Origin: the human T2T-CHM13v2.0 reference genome, Homo sapiens
Length of the DNA: 64,000 nucleotides
NCBI RefSeq assembly: GCF_009914755.1
Contig: NC_060947.1
Strand: one strand, 5' to 3'
The position numbers were made by a program, and so were the translations under genes. Below are positions 39,427-53,690 of the stretch, in pieces. The first letter of the stretch is position 1; every line of letters begins with the position of its first letter. The notes beneath the pieces were generated by a model. That model did not search any database. It saw nothing but the letters and a program-made list of their open reading frames with translations, and was not told the DNA's origin.

Positions 39427-39985
39427 TCTCTTACATGCTCAAAGAAGCCAAGCAAATCCAGGTATACATGTATATATTTTAATTTTACAGGAGAGAGAAA
39501 GAGGTATAAGGCAAGAATTAACTACATTTTCATTTCACTATTTCTTTATGAGCTCTATTTTGCTGCTAAGTTCAAGTTTCAAAAAAATTATTAATTCCTC
39601 TGCTATGTTATCTTGTCCCAATTCACAAAATAACAGGGATTTCCCCATGTGACTCAAAAGCAAGAATCTTACTCCTAAATAACATAAACAGCAATATGTG
39701 TGACTACTGTCATTCATTAACTTCGATGGTGAAGTTCATTAAACTGACCATTAAAAGAACATTTGAACAATTCCAAAAGGGAGCAAGGATAAATCTCCAA
39801 ATCACCCAATAGACAAGGAACCCAGAGATGACATACAGTGTGCTCACTTCCACCCACTGCCACTGAGAACACTGATTGCTCTCTTCAAACACAGAGCGAA
39901 GAATGGGCCTCATGTCACATGGGGCAGGGCAGCTGCTGGATGGGGCCCTGACCCCACAAACTTTGGCCCCGGCTGCGGCTGGTGC

Positions 39986-40933
39986 TCAGACTCCCTCTTG
40001 CTCCTCTCCCAAAACCTCTTCATAAAGGGATGGGTAGCAGATGGGCTCTCTTGCATTGAGCATGACCAAATAATTTATGACCTTCTCATAGCTGGTTTCA
40101 GCGTGGGCCTTGGAACCCCACAGGAACTCGTAGTGCGCAGGATCACTGCCGGGCACCTGCCGGTACTCCAGGTAGTTTTCCTGCACCCAATCTTGGGTGA
40201 GCAGCTTCCTGGGCTCCCCGTAGAACATGTGCTCCTTCCCAACATACACCCCCATCACACTCAACGCTTCCCAGATAACCTCTTCAGGGGCGCAGTTGTC
40301 TTTGGTTAGGATCACACCCAGGACAATGATCAGGAGGGCGGCCTTGGGCATGCTATGACCATCACCCAGCATGCTATCGCACGAGAGGCCAAGAGCAGTG
40401 ACAAGGATGTAGGAGTGGCCGGCGGGGTCCACCTCCTTCACATCAGTGCCAAAGATCACCTGCATGAACTCGGAGGCTTTGCCGAAGATCACAGGAAAGT
40501 AGCGCTTGTAATTTTTGATGACGCTCTCCAGCATTTCTGCCTTTGTGACCGGCTCCTTGACTCGATATTTGTGGAGCAGGAAATGAACCAACTCAGCCAC
40601 CTTCAATTTCAGTGCTTCTTGGAACATGAACTCCAGCTGAGCTGGGTCGACCGAGGAGCTTGGCTCTTCCTCTTCTTGACTGCTGGAGCCCTCATCGAAT
40701 TGGCTCCATAAAGTGTAGTAGACGGAAATGGAGGAGGAAGCGCCTCCCTGAGGACTCTGGGGAGGACTTGATGACCCAGCAGCAGACACCTCCTCCTCCT
40801 TGCTGTCAGAGGAGGAGGTAGTCTCCTCCTCCTCGCCTGTGGGTTCCTGTGCACCCATCAGGCCCAAGTCCTCTCCTTGGGCTTCAAGGTCTTCATCAGG
40901 CTTGCAGTGCGGACTCCTCTGCTCGAGAGACAT
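39986..40933 (-). CDS. MAGEA9B: Melanoma-associated antigen 9 (MAGE homology domain, cancer-testis antigen), single coding exon, 315 aa
   Basis: [19 protein letters not shown]... with MAGE homology domain motifs [38 protein letters not shown] and YEFLWG. Exon acceptor at 41000-40999. The B copy is assigned from adjacency to EOLA1/HSFX3. Confidence 0.95.
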   Translation of the reverse strand: MSLEQRSPHCKPDEDLEAQGEDLGLMGAQEPTGEEEETTSSSDSKEEEVSAAGSSSPPQSPQGGASSSISVYYTLWSQFDEGSSSQEEEEPSSSVDPAQLEFMFQEALKLKVAELVHFLLHKYRVKEPVTKAEMLESVIKNYKRYFPVIFGKASEFMQVIFGTDVKEVDPAGHSYILVTALGLSCDSMLGDGHSMPKAALLIIVLGVILTKDNCAPEEVIWEALSVMGVYVGKEHMFYGEPRKLLTQDWVQENYLEYRQVPGSDPAHYEFLWGSKAHAETSYEKVINYLVMLNAREPICYPSLYEEVLGEEQEGV

Positions 40934-41073
40934 GATGACTCTGGTCAGGGCAGCAGTCAGGAGCGTGGGCAGGAGCTGGGCGATGGAGACCCACAGGCCT
41001 GGGGAGAGAGGGAGTGTGTGAGAGACTTCAGCTGAGAACCGAACCTTGGAGGTTCTAACAAAGGCTGACTTAC

Positions 41074-41142
41074 AGGTCTTCGTCAGTGCTGCTCTGGGGC
41101 CTCTTGGGGCTCCTGTCCTCCTGGTTAGCCTGTCCCGAGAAC
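41074..41142 (-). other. MAGEA9B: MAGEA9B 5' UTR exon
   Basis: Acceptor cttcctccctcAG and donor CCT|GTAAGT. Confidence 0.8.
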
Positions 41143-41300
41143 CTGAGGGAGGAAGTGAGAGGGCTACTCAGCGTGCAGCTAGCCTGCAGAGATCAAGGCT
41201 CTATGAGTGACAGTAGGGGGAATGGGGCCAGGTGCTATGGGGTCCCATGTGTGCTGGGGCAGGTGGGGCCCTTGGTGCACATTCAGGGTGAACACTTCAC

Positions 41301-41387
41301 CTTCACTGCTGACACTGCCTGGGTCTCCTCTGCTCTGCGACCTGAGGACACTGTCTCAGACCAAGGCCTGCCTGCTTCCTGGAGCTC
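41301..41387 (-). other. MAGEA9B: MAGEA9B 5' UTR exon
   Basis: Acceptor ttcctcttccAG and donor AAG|GTGAAG. Confidence 0.65.
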
Positions 41388-43859
41388 CTGGAAGAGGAAT
41401 CGAGGGGCCCTTAGGCTGCAGACTGCAGGCAGAGCCCCGGTCCCTCAGTGCTGTCAAGACGGCGGGCTGGACACTCTTGAGTTCTACACACTTTTGGGGT
41501 GGATGGTCCCCTCTGCGCTCACTCAGGGCCCTGACCTTTCTCCTGGCAGGGACTGGACTCTACTCCTCTACTTGCCTGAGAGTCTCTCAGATCAGGAGCT
41601 CACATCCCTGATATGGAACAGAAGGACATGCCCCAACCAACATCTGCCCACACCTGCCCAGGGTTTCCTCGGAAGTACAGTAAGAGATGTCTAAATTCAA
41701 TGGGGTCCATGTGTCCTGGGGTGAGGATACTGCCTGGTCCTCATCTTGATGCCTGCAGGGTCTGGAACCCTCCCTCTGTTGACCTGAGGCCCTATCTCCA
41801 GGAGACACCTGAAGAGGAAGTGAGGGGAGTCCATCCACCCAGCGGCTTCCCTCAGCTGACACAAGGGGCAGGGTGGGGCTAGGTCCTCTGTGTTTGGTGA
41901 GTGGGGTCCCCTCAGTCTGCACCTGGACTCCTGGCAGGGCCTGGGACCCTCCCTCTGCTGACGTGAGTGCAGCCCCCTCAGACCAAGGCCAGCCCTCCCC
42001 GACACCAGTGATCCCAGGATAAAGGAGGGACCTCAGCAGACAGCCCTGCCCGGGCTCTCTGGGGTGACAGTAGGGGCAGGGCAAACTCTCTTGATCTGAG
42101 AGTTTCTCTGGCCTGGAGGTACCCTCGATCCTCCCTTAGGTTCCTCACCTGGACTGCTCTCCAATCCTGGGACCACTGTGTCTGTCGAACACAGGGCCTC
42201 CCTGTTTTGTCCACACACACCCTCTGAGAACAAAGTCCTCACCTCCCTGAGATCCAGAAACAGAGGTGAGGAGGCCCCACATATGTCACCCCTGCGTGGG
42301 GTGTCCGGGGCTGACCCCACCAGCTGAACCCTTCAGGTATGAGGTGGGTGTTCCAAAGTCCTCCTGCGGGTTATTCATCTTTACTCCTGCTGGGGCTTCT
42401 ACTTCCTCGACCCTCAAACCCTTGAGATGAGCAGACATCTCCCTTTACACCAACGCCTCATCCCCCTGAGGGTTCCTCAACTTCCTGCCGTGGTACAAAT
42501 GAGCTTGCCACTTAGCACCATCCTTGATCAGGCCCCCCCCCGCCCCCAGATCTAAGAACAGAGTTCACCTAGACTCTGTGGGGTGGCTTCTTTCTGCGTT
42601 GGGGGTACCTCCATTCCTCATGAAGGGGGCACACCTTGGGTCCTGCTGATCCTGGGAGTCCTCCTTCTACTGACCAGGTGTGGAGCCCTCTGTTGGATCT
42701 CTCAGTGCCCCCTGGGATCAAGGTACTCACCTCCCTGAGACCTCTCACCCCCAGTCACGTGGGAGAAATGAGAGCATGCCTCATGCCATTCCTGCCTGGG
42801 GCCACCTGGGGCTGAGAACAGGTGACACCAGTGTCTGTGAGGTCCTTTCTTTTTTGAGAGCGTGGAGGTACCTTCTTACCTTCAGTCCTCACCAAACTTC
42901 CTCCCCGTCACTCCTGGAAGACCCTGGATTCCACCCTGTGCTGACCAGGTGTGGCTCCCTCTGCTGAGCTGAGGAAACCCCTCGGACCAAGGCCCCCACC
43001 TCCCGGAGACCCGGGAGGCAGAAGTGAGGGGCCACCTCATGGTCACTCATGCATGAGATACCCAAGGCTGACCAAAGGAGCAGGTTCCAGGGGGCCTCGT
43101 CGGTCTGGGTGTCCTCTAGGTATTCATATTTGCTTCTGACAGAATCTGGCCCCTTCCATTTTGCTGAACCAGAGGTGAGTCTTGCAGACCAAGGCCAATT
43201 TCTCCCTTAGACCCTCTTTGAGAAAGTGTGTGTTGGGGGTGGAGGGGGCACTTCCCTTCCTCACCGTCCTGCCTGGGGCCTTCCAAGACTGACGGCAGGG
43301 GCAGGTTTCCTAGGTCTGGGATGAGAGGTCTGGTGAATCCTTCCTCAGGCCTCTGGGACTCCTCCTTCTGCTCACCTGAGGCCCCACTCCTCATACCACA
43401 GCCCTGTTCCCATTGACACCCGATCCCACCAGCCACAATGCACCACATGCGGCCACCGTGCCCGGGATCGCCCAGGCCAAGATCCCCACTGAGCTGGACT
43501 CCGGGGTCCCCTCTGTCCTCCGTCTTGTTCCTTCCCTGGTCTCCTAGAGGGCTGGGCCCCACCCCTCTGTGGACCTGAGTCTCTATCTGTCGGATTCCCG
43601 AGGCTGAATGAGGAGGGGCCTCGGTCTCAGATAGGGGCGGGGTGGGCCCCTTGTCCTGGGGTACTGGGTCCCCTCAGGCCTCCCTTGTCTCCCAGCAGGA
43701 CCTGGGCCCTCCCTCTGTTCTCCCGCGGCCACGCTAACGATACCAAGCCCCTTCCCTCGGTCAGCCCAGGATGCAGATATCACGATCCGCTTGCCTGACC
43801 GCCATGCCCGGAACTTCCCAGGGTCCACTGCAGGGGCAGTGACTCCCTCTATGGGGCCT

Positions 43860-45355
43860 CAGCCCTCCCTCAGGGTCCTGGCCCTGATGCCTGGCAGAGC
43901 CTGGCCCCTGCCCTCTCTTAACCAGTCCTGCCCTGGTCACACCAAGCTCTGACCCAGAGTCCCCTGGGGCTTAAGTGGTGGGGTGGCGAAGGGTGGCCCA
44001 CAGCCTGAGAAGTCCGCCCCCGGGGTGGTTCAGGGCTGGCAGCAGGGGTGCTGCTGGATTATTTGGGGCCCTCTATCTGGGGTGGGGGCGTCCTCAGTCC
44101 TCCCTCAGCGTCTCATCTTGCCTCCTCACAGAGCCTGGGCCCGCTTCCCTCTGCCGATCTTCAGCCACCACTCAGAACCAAGCCCTTGCTACTCTCTGAC
44201 CCCCAGTGCGCAAGTCAGAGGCCTTACATCCGGGCACCCGGAGCTTCCCTGGGTTGACAGCAGGAGCCGAACCGGATTCTGCCACGGGAGACTTGGGGGT
44301 GGGGTGGAGTGGGGGGGGGGTGAGGATGGAGGTGGGGAACCTGAGGCTGTAGGTCATGGTGGTGGTGGCTGGGTTAGGGGTGTGGAGGCGTTCAGCCCTC
44401 CCTCAGGGTTCTGACCTTGATGCCAGTCAGAGCCTGGGCCCAGCCTGATACGCCCGACCCCGCGGGGTGGTCCAGGGCTGGCACAGGGGCGGCGCTGTAT
44501 TATTTGGGGTCCTCTATCTGGGGCGGGGGGTCTTGAGTCCTCCCTCAGGGTCTCACCTTGCCTCCTCACAGAGCCTGGGCCCGCTTCCCTCCACCGATAT
44601 CGACCCGCCCCTCACAGCGAGGCCCCCGCTACTCTCTGACCCCCAGTGTGGGAGTCACTGGCCGTACATCCGGGCACCTGGGGCTTCCCTGGGTTGACAA
44701 CAGGGGCGGAACCAGATTCTGCCGCGGGAGAGTTGGGGGGGTGGGGTGGAGTTTGGGGTGGGGTGGGGTGGGGTGGGGTGGGGTGTAGAGTGGAGCTGAG
44801 GATGGGGCTGGGGAACCTGGGGCTGTAGGTCATGGTTGGGTTGGGGGGGCCCAGCCTCCCTCAGGGTCCTGGCCTTGATGCCCGGCAGAGCCTGGGCCCT
44901 GCCCTCTCCTAACCAGCCCTGCCCTGGTCACACCAAGCTCTCACTCCAGAGTGCCCAGCAGCTTGAGCGGCGGAGGGAGGGGGTCGGCCCAGCCTCACAA
45001 GTCAGCCCCAGATCGGCCCCCGGGTGGTCCAGGGCTGGGAGCAGAGACGGCACTTGGTTCTTTCGGGTCCTCTATCTGGGGTGGGGACATCCTCAGTCTT
45101 CCCTCAGCACCTCACCTTGACTCCTCACAGAGCCTCGGCCAGCTTACCTCCACCGGTATCAAGCCGCCCCTCAGAAGGAGGCCTCTCCCTTCTCTCTGAC
45201 CCCCAGTGCGCACGTCAGTGACGTCACATCCGGCCCCCAAGCCTGGAGCTTCCCTGGGTTGCCAGTAGGGGCTGAACCGGGTTCTGGCGGAGTAGGGGTG
45301 GGGATGGGGATAGGGGCCCTCAGTCATCCCTCAGGGGGTCCTGACCTTGATGCCT
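43860..45355 (-). repeat. Three tandem diverged copies (~450-530 bp) of the MAGE-A promoter/first-exon unit
   Basis: The block 'cctcacagagcct...ctctctgacccccagtg...acatccgg...cttccctgggttg' recurs at ~44120, ~44560 and ~45120. Confidence 0.85.
45148..45300 (-). promoter_or_regulatory. MAGEA9B: MAGEA9B CpG-rich promoter and first exon (~45148-45213)
   Basis: Minus strand CCGGATGTGACGTCACTGACGTG (ETS plus CRE), matching the known ETS-driven MAGE-A promoter architecture. Donor GAG|GTAAGC at 45147. Confidence 0.7.
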
Positions 45356-46649
45356 GGGTCTCGATCCCCATTCTCTGCCCATTGGGTCTGCTCCTCTCGG
45401 ACCAAGTCTCTGACTCCCAGTCACATGAGGTGGCAGTGAGGGGAGGGGTGTGGTCGGGGTGACAACATTGCCAGGGTCTTCCAGGGCTGACAGGAAGGGC
45501 TGAGCTGGATTCTGTGGCCCCTCTATGTGGGGAGGTTGGACCTTCAGTCCCCTCTCAGGAGGGTTCTCCTCCTGGCTCCTGGCTCTTTGATGAAGTGATG
45601 TGTGGGAGATGATCTGTTTATGTCACCTTTGAGCATTTGCCCAGCTGCACGCGTTGCAGAGAATGGCTGCGGGTCCCAGGCTAGATGCTCCCTGGGGGGC
45701 TGCAGCACCTGTGATTGTAGGACCTGTGAGAGAAGATGCACACCATCCCATGGGGGCTCCTCCCCAGCCAGAGCTAGACTTTGCAAACCTTTTGTCCTAA
45801 AAGATTTATTTTTACACGGAAGAGGCTGAGCAGCAGCAAGAGATTTGGAGAAGCCATGTGTTTTGAAGGTATCGAACACAGCAGAGTCCAGATTAGCGAT
45901 TTTCATATTTTAATTCTCATTCACATGGTAATAAATTTTACACTGTATGTGTACATTATATATGGTATTGTACATTTTGTTTATATCTACGTTTATATAC
46001 ATACCTGTTTTAGACATTATATACATCTATGCTTATATGTATACATACACGCATATATATCTTTATATCTTATATTTACTTACATGTATATATCTTTAGC
46101 TACATATTCGTTTGTATTTCTAGACTTTATACTATATATATGCACACATATTTTATTAATATCTACTCATAGTATGTGGCCTTCACACATACTTACTATT
46201 CTATTCCTAGTTCATTCTTTATATTCCATTAAAATAATAATTTTTTGGAAGGCTGGTCTTCTCCTACTAAGTTTGTTTCAGGTGGTTGTTAGCAGAACTC
46301 TGGAGCCATAGTGTCTCAATCAACTCAAATTTCCTGGTGTCCTGATATTACTCCAGGGCTACTGGCATCAGATTTTGTGGTGCTGCCTCAGATTGCGCGA
46401 TGATGTGGGGTGGAATGTTAAACACTTTCTCCTATCCATCCTGTAATCTGCCATCTATGCAGGGTACAGACCTCCTCGATTTCCCTGCTGCTCCCTGGAC
46501 CCAAAACACAAGTACTAGTTTAGCACAGTCTTCAGTCATCCCCAGGGCTTTCTCTGTTTTGATGGGTTTTTTTTTTAATCTTTTCCCTCCTATATTTTTT
46601 CCGGGGTTGATTTGGGGAGCAGAGCACAGCAACCTGAGCTTGGTTGTCA

Positions 46650-48615
<1,966 letters not shown>

Positions 48616-49214
48616 CTGAGATTCACAGGAAAACCACGATCGCAGGGGTGTAAGTTTGTAGGAAAGAGGTTTTTAAGTGGCAGCATCTTTGCATGATTCA
48701 AACTCTGGAGGCATATGCATAAAGTCCAAGAAACACATGAGAAAACTGTACTTCTTGGAAACTAAGGAGCTCACAAATGATGAAATGTGATTCACACCGA
48801 TTTGTAAATGAGCACCCATTTGTAAGTGAGCAGGCCGAGACAGGGAGATCCACCTGCAGACCATGGCTGGACTCTGGATTAATCCATTCCCATGTCTGCA
48901 TTCTCTTATGGCCTCTTCCCACGTCTCCCAGGACTCTGCCACCTACTGTCAAATTAAAAATCACAGGCAGGGATACCTCTGGGTTCTGGTGTGTGGGTGT
49001 TGGGGCTCTCTGCACGCCCTGATTTCAGAGCTCTTTTGATGTCTGTGCCCAGTTGTGTCTACGGTAAGAACTTGAATCTATTTCCTCTGATCAGTCAAAG
49101 AAGTTCGTCGATGATAGCATGTGTTCTAAGATGAACACCCCAAGTGAGCAGAAAAGGCTGCTTCCTAAGTTAAAACATGACATGACATCTTTTAAATTAA
49201 TTTTTGACTCCAAA

Positions 49215-49430
49215 AGAAAGGAGAAGGAAGGAAGGGAGGGAAAGAGAGAGAGAGAGAGACACGGAAGGAAGGAAGGAAGGAAGGAAGGAAGGAAGGAAGG
49301 AAGGAAGCAAGCAAGCACAGAGAGAGAGAGAGATGGAAGGAAGGAAGGAAAGAAGGAAGCAAAGAGAGAGAGAGAGAAAAAAGGAGAGGAAAGGAAAGTA
49401 GGAAGGAAGGGAAACAAGAAAGAAAAAGTG
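49215..49430. repeat. Polypurine microsatellite: (GGAA)11 core at 49263-49306, with (GA)n flanks
   Basis: Read directly from the sequence. Confidence 0.95.
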
Positions 49431-49721
49431 GGGGCATAGTGGGGGAATCAAGGAAGGAAGTAAAAAACCCCACCAGATCCAGTACAGACATAAAAGCCAA
49501 ACATAAATCCTGTCCACCAGACACTAATGAGCACCCTCTAAACTGCAAACCCGTAGGACTCCTTGGTAGTATGTGTCACCTCCACAACTATCAAGGGCAC
49601 TTTTTAACCCAATGACAAAGCCAGACGTGATCTCATCTGTATGTAAAGTGAAGATCCTGTTATATAAAGGCACCGCCATGACAAGGAATGGCCAGTAACA
49701 CAGAGTCATTGTGAACCCTAG

Positions 49722-50073
<352 letters not shown>

Positions 50074-50304
50074 AGCTCCAGGTAATTTTTAATGAGTAGA
50101 GGCGGGATGTCTGAGGGGCTTCCTAAAACCCAGCACCTGCTCGAGTATCTCCTGGGCACTTTTCCAGGGAGGCGTGTTAGGCTGAAGTCTCTATCATGCA
50201 AGCCAAAGATGTCGGAGGGGGGTACTGGACTGCAAAGAAAGAAAAAGGATGGAGACCATGAAGACTTTTTTGTGCAGTCAGAAAATTACTCATTTTCTGA
50301 CACA

Positions 50305-50310
50305 TTTATT
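50305..50310 (-). terminator. HSFX2 polyadenylation signal
   Basis: TTTATT on the + strand, ~33 nt after the stop. Confidence 0.7.
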
Positions 50311-50342
50311 GACCAGCACATATTCTGCCCAAATGCTGCCCT

Positions 50343-51050
50343 CTATGTGCTCTGGTCTGCGTAGTCTGGGTACGCCTGGGGCCCATCGCTAGCTGGCATG
50401 TACTGTGACGTGCGGTGGCTGTGGGGGCAATGGTGGTGCAGAGCTGGGAGATGGGGGAACATGACCATGGAGGCAGCAGGCTGTGCAGCCCCAGCAGCCA
50501 CTAGGGTCACCGGTACCCAGAGATGGCAAAAGGGCAGCATGCCAGGTGCAGGAAGTCCTGTGGTGTCCATGGCAAGGGTACTACGGGACGCTGTGGGAAG
50601 GGCCACCACAGGCCCGTAAGAATTCATCTGAGTGGGAGATCCAGGGACATAGAGGAAGGGCAGCGCTGCAGGCCCAGGGACAGCGGCCACCGGAGTGACG
50701 TGAGCCTGGCTGCCCTCTGACCACTCGCCGGCCGGCTGGGTCACTGGACTGTTGTCACTCGCCACGGCGGAATCAGGCACCATCACAGGAGTTGCTGGTG
50801 GAGCAGAGCCACTCCTGATTTGGGTGTTGGGACCGGCCGGTTCCCGGTGTTGCGGTGTGACCTGGTCATTCTCATTCGGAGACGTGTGATCTTGTTGCTC
50901 AGTGTCTGCTGGTGCCAGACAGGATCCAGCAGCTTCTGGCTTGTCCTCCTCCTGATGTCTTGGTGCAGACTTGACACCCACTCTTCTCTTCATCCTCACG
51001 AGGAGGTGAGGGGAGTCTCTTTGAAAGTAAGGATGGCAGTAGAACTCTAA
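50343..51050 (-). CDS. HSFX2: HSFX2 coding exon 2
   Basis: Acceptor acttatAG at 51052-51051. Encodes LEFYCHPYFQRDSPHLLVRMKRR through ...YADQST*. Confidence 0.92.
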   Translation of the reverse strand, partial: LEFYCHPYFQRDSPHLLVRMKRRVGVKSAPRHQEEDKPEAAGSCLAPADTEQQDHTSPNENDQVTPQHREPAGPNTQIRSGSAPPATPVMVPDSAVASDNSPVTQPAGEWSEGSQAHVTPVAAVPGPAALPFLYVPGSPTQMNSYGPVVALPTASRSTLAMDTTGLPAPGMLPFCHLWVPVTLVAAGAAQPAASMVMFPHLPALHHHCPHSHRTSQYMPASDGPQAYPDYADQST

Positions 51051-51887
51051 CTATAAGTCAAAGTTTAAATAAACAAAAGGAAACTGCAAGTCACAAGGAT
51101 GGACTACAACTACCAACCATCTACGCCCCTGTGCAAGAGAACTCTACTGGCCCAGGAGGCCTTTCTGGAAAAGGTCCCAGTCCCCAAAGGAAGCTGGGGA
51201 CTCGCGTTCACATCGTCAAGGTTTACCAAGTTGTGGCGGGCCTTTCCGTCTTGGAAAAAGCCTCAAAATGGCAGATTAGGGTGTCCATGGCCGGCGGAAA
51301 GGGTCTTTGAAGTTGCAGACCAGGAGGGAAGAAGATTCTGGGCCTCCCCCATGCAGTGTCAGCTGGCAACAGAATGCACCCCGGCTGGGTTGGAGGCCCT
51401 GGGTACTGGCTCTTCCACACCAGGGGCCCACCTACCAAGGGCAGCAGGAGCATCTGCACCTCCTGCGCCAGGCGCCCTTCAGTGCTTCCACTTGAGCACC
51501 TCTCCAGACACCAGCTAGGGTGACAGTGGTACAAATACCAGACTCCCCTGGCCTGCTCACCTCACAGGGTAATGTGCTGTGGAGTCAGGGGGACACAGCA
51601 ACCGCCAGATGACATGGCTGGCCCCGGGGAGGACGACACGCAGATACGGCTACTTGGCACCTGTGATATTTTACACACTCGAGAGGGGCCCGCACCATCC
51701 TCAGCCCTCTCCCCACATTCACTCTTAGTTCATGTCACCTCCACCCAGAGGGGGACACAGGCCCACAGCGATGGCCCCACACCCTGCCTGAGGTCGCCCA
51801 CTTCCCAGGAGGCAGTCCTGGGACTTCCACCCGACCAGGCCCCAGAGCCCACCGACTTAACCCCTCCAGAGGCTTGTCGTTCATTAC

Positions 51888-52451
51888 CTTATTCAAGATG
51901 GAGACCAGCCTTTTTGCGGAGAAAATGCGGGTGAAGGTCCTGAAAGTGCATTGACGCCGTTTTCGGAAGCCATACAAGTTTAGCTGGCGGAAGAAGCTCT
52001 TTATCGAAGTTGTGGCAAACACTTTGTGTGCGACGTCCCTTTTGAGAATCTCCTTTTCAAAGAGTTTTTGATTGATCACTCTACAAGCCCCACTGTCATC
52101 CCACCAGATGGACGAAAACTGGTTGCTGCTGACCAGTCTCCACAGTTTCTGTGGAAAGGGGAGGGAGAGGAGATTATCTTCTCCCTGGGGCGGGACGTCA
52201 CCGTCAGGGTGCGGCCTTCTGAACGAAGCTTCCTCGGCCAGAGGTTGGAAAGCGATTTCTTCTGTCAGCAGCCTCAAGTTAGGGCTCCCAGTGGACCCCG
52301 GGTCGTCCCAGGCAGGGGAAGGATCTGCTGGGTGAAGGTAGGTCTCTGACTGCAACTGGGGAGGGAAAGGCACCCTTTCCAAGCCATGATCCTGTCCTCT
52401 CGAATTTCTTTCTTCACAGCGAGCCATACTCAATGATCGCTTGTCCTCCAT
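51888..52451 (-). CDS. HSFX2: HSFX2 coding exon 1 (heat shock transcription factor, X-linked; 423 aa total)
   Basis: HSF DNA-binding domain motifs LPFPQKLW, IWWDDSG and SFFRQLNLYGFRK. Donor AAG|GTAATG at 51887. 188+235 codons = 423 aa. Confidence 0.92.
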
Positions 52452-53519
52452 CTGGCAAACTTGCTAGTGCAGTGTGGCCAGCAGCACCCCTTGGCAGTCA
52501 TGTAACCAGCCCCATGACATCATAAAGGGGCTCTGACTGCCGGGGGGTGGCATCTCCACCCCCAGCAAGTTGTGTAATAAAGGGCCAAGGCAGACAAGTA
52601 GCTGCCCATCTGCATGTGCACATTCTGGTCCTCACAGTCATTTCAATGGGAAAGATGACACTAGTGCACAAGAGTGCCGAGGGGCCCTGCCACACCGTAG
52701 ATGCAGACCTGGAGCGGTCCCCTTGTCCTAGAGCTCCTGAGCCAGGCACAACTACAGCAAAGCCCTGGCTCAGGAAGGTCAGAGCTCACCGTCTGAGTCA
52801 TGGGCCCACAGACCCCAGCACATGACTGACACTCGGAAGCACAGAACAAAGGGTAGGACGGTGCCCATGGGTCAGGCTGTAGCCACGCCACCCTTTCCAC
52901 CCTGTCCTAGCCAGAGGCAGCAATGTGCTCCATACAGATCCTCCTAACACACCCACACTGTCGGTCCCCAGCACGCAGATGCCCGACAGCCCCTTAGGCA
53001 AATGGCTTAGCTGACTGCCCCACCACACGCCGTCGCCATGCAGTCCAGTGGGGAGTCGGAGGCAGCCTCCTTCCTGCCTCTCCTCGGCCTGCACGTGTCC
53101 CCCCACCAGGCAGAGACCCTTCTACACCCCGGGTGTCTGCGGTCACATCGCGGTGGGGCATGCAGCTGTTGGCCTTCGAGCATGTTTTGTTTTCCTTGGC
53201 CAGTGTCTCCAGAGAAACGCACGTGGGTTTGTGTCCAGCGGTCCATCTCTGCAACAGTTGTTCCTTTGGGATTGGATGCTAGGAGGTCACGGGAGAGGTG
53301 TCCATCCAAAGCAGTGTCTGTGTCACACACTGTCCCCACACACAGGGCCACCTCTGCACAGACTCCCCCGACTCGATTCTGGGCACAGAGCTCAGTGACC
53401 TTCCAGAGACTGCCACGAACCGGTGATGCCTCCACGCTTGAGACATCCTGACCGCAGGGCCCAAGGCGCACTGGCTCAGGGGGTGACAGTGAGGGGTCTG
53501 CAAACAGACTGCTGATGCT

Positions 53520-53690
53520 CAACCCGGCCGCTGCCGAGCTGTGTGACTTGGGCACGTCACTTAACCTCTCTCGGCCTCTGTCTCCTCCCGGGGATAAGAG
53601 TAGTAGCACCTGCTTCCCGGGGCTGTGAGGATCCAGTGGGACGTATAGGAACTAGCGAGGCACCGGCAGTTGGGTCAGAGCTACTGTTGT
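53520..53690. mobile_element. MIR
   Basis: MIR core 'gctgtgtgacttgggcacgtcacttaacctctctcggcctctgtctcctc'. Confidence 0.7.

Noticed and set aside
41086-45462. Many 60-200 aa ORFs in MAGEA9B introns and promoter repeats
   Set aside because: GC-rich, stop-poor DNA with no domain. MAGE-A coding is confined to the last exon.
45781-46311. 176-aa hydrophobic Ile/Tyr-rich ORF
   Set aside because: Translation of TA-rich low-complexity sequence.
49091-49548. Arg/Lys/Glu-rich and Phe/Leu/Pro/Ser-rich ORFs
   Set aside because: Translations of the GGAA/GA microsatellite.
51735-51887. C-terminal 50 aa of the 238-aa ORF as HSFX2 coding
   Set aside because: Intron read-through past the donor at 51887. 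Splicing to 51050 completes the HSF domain.
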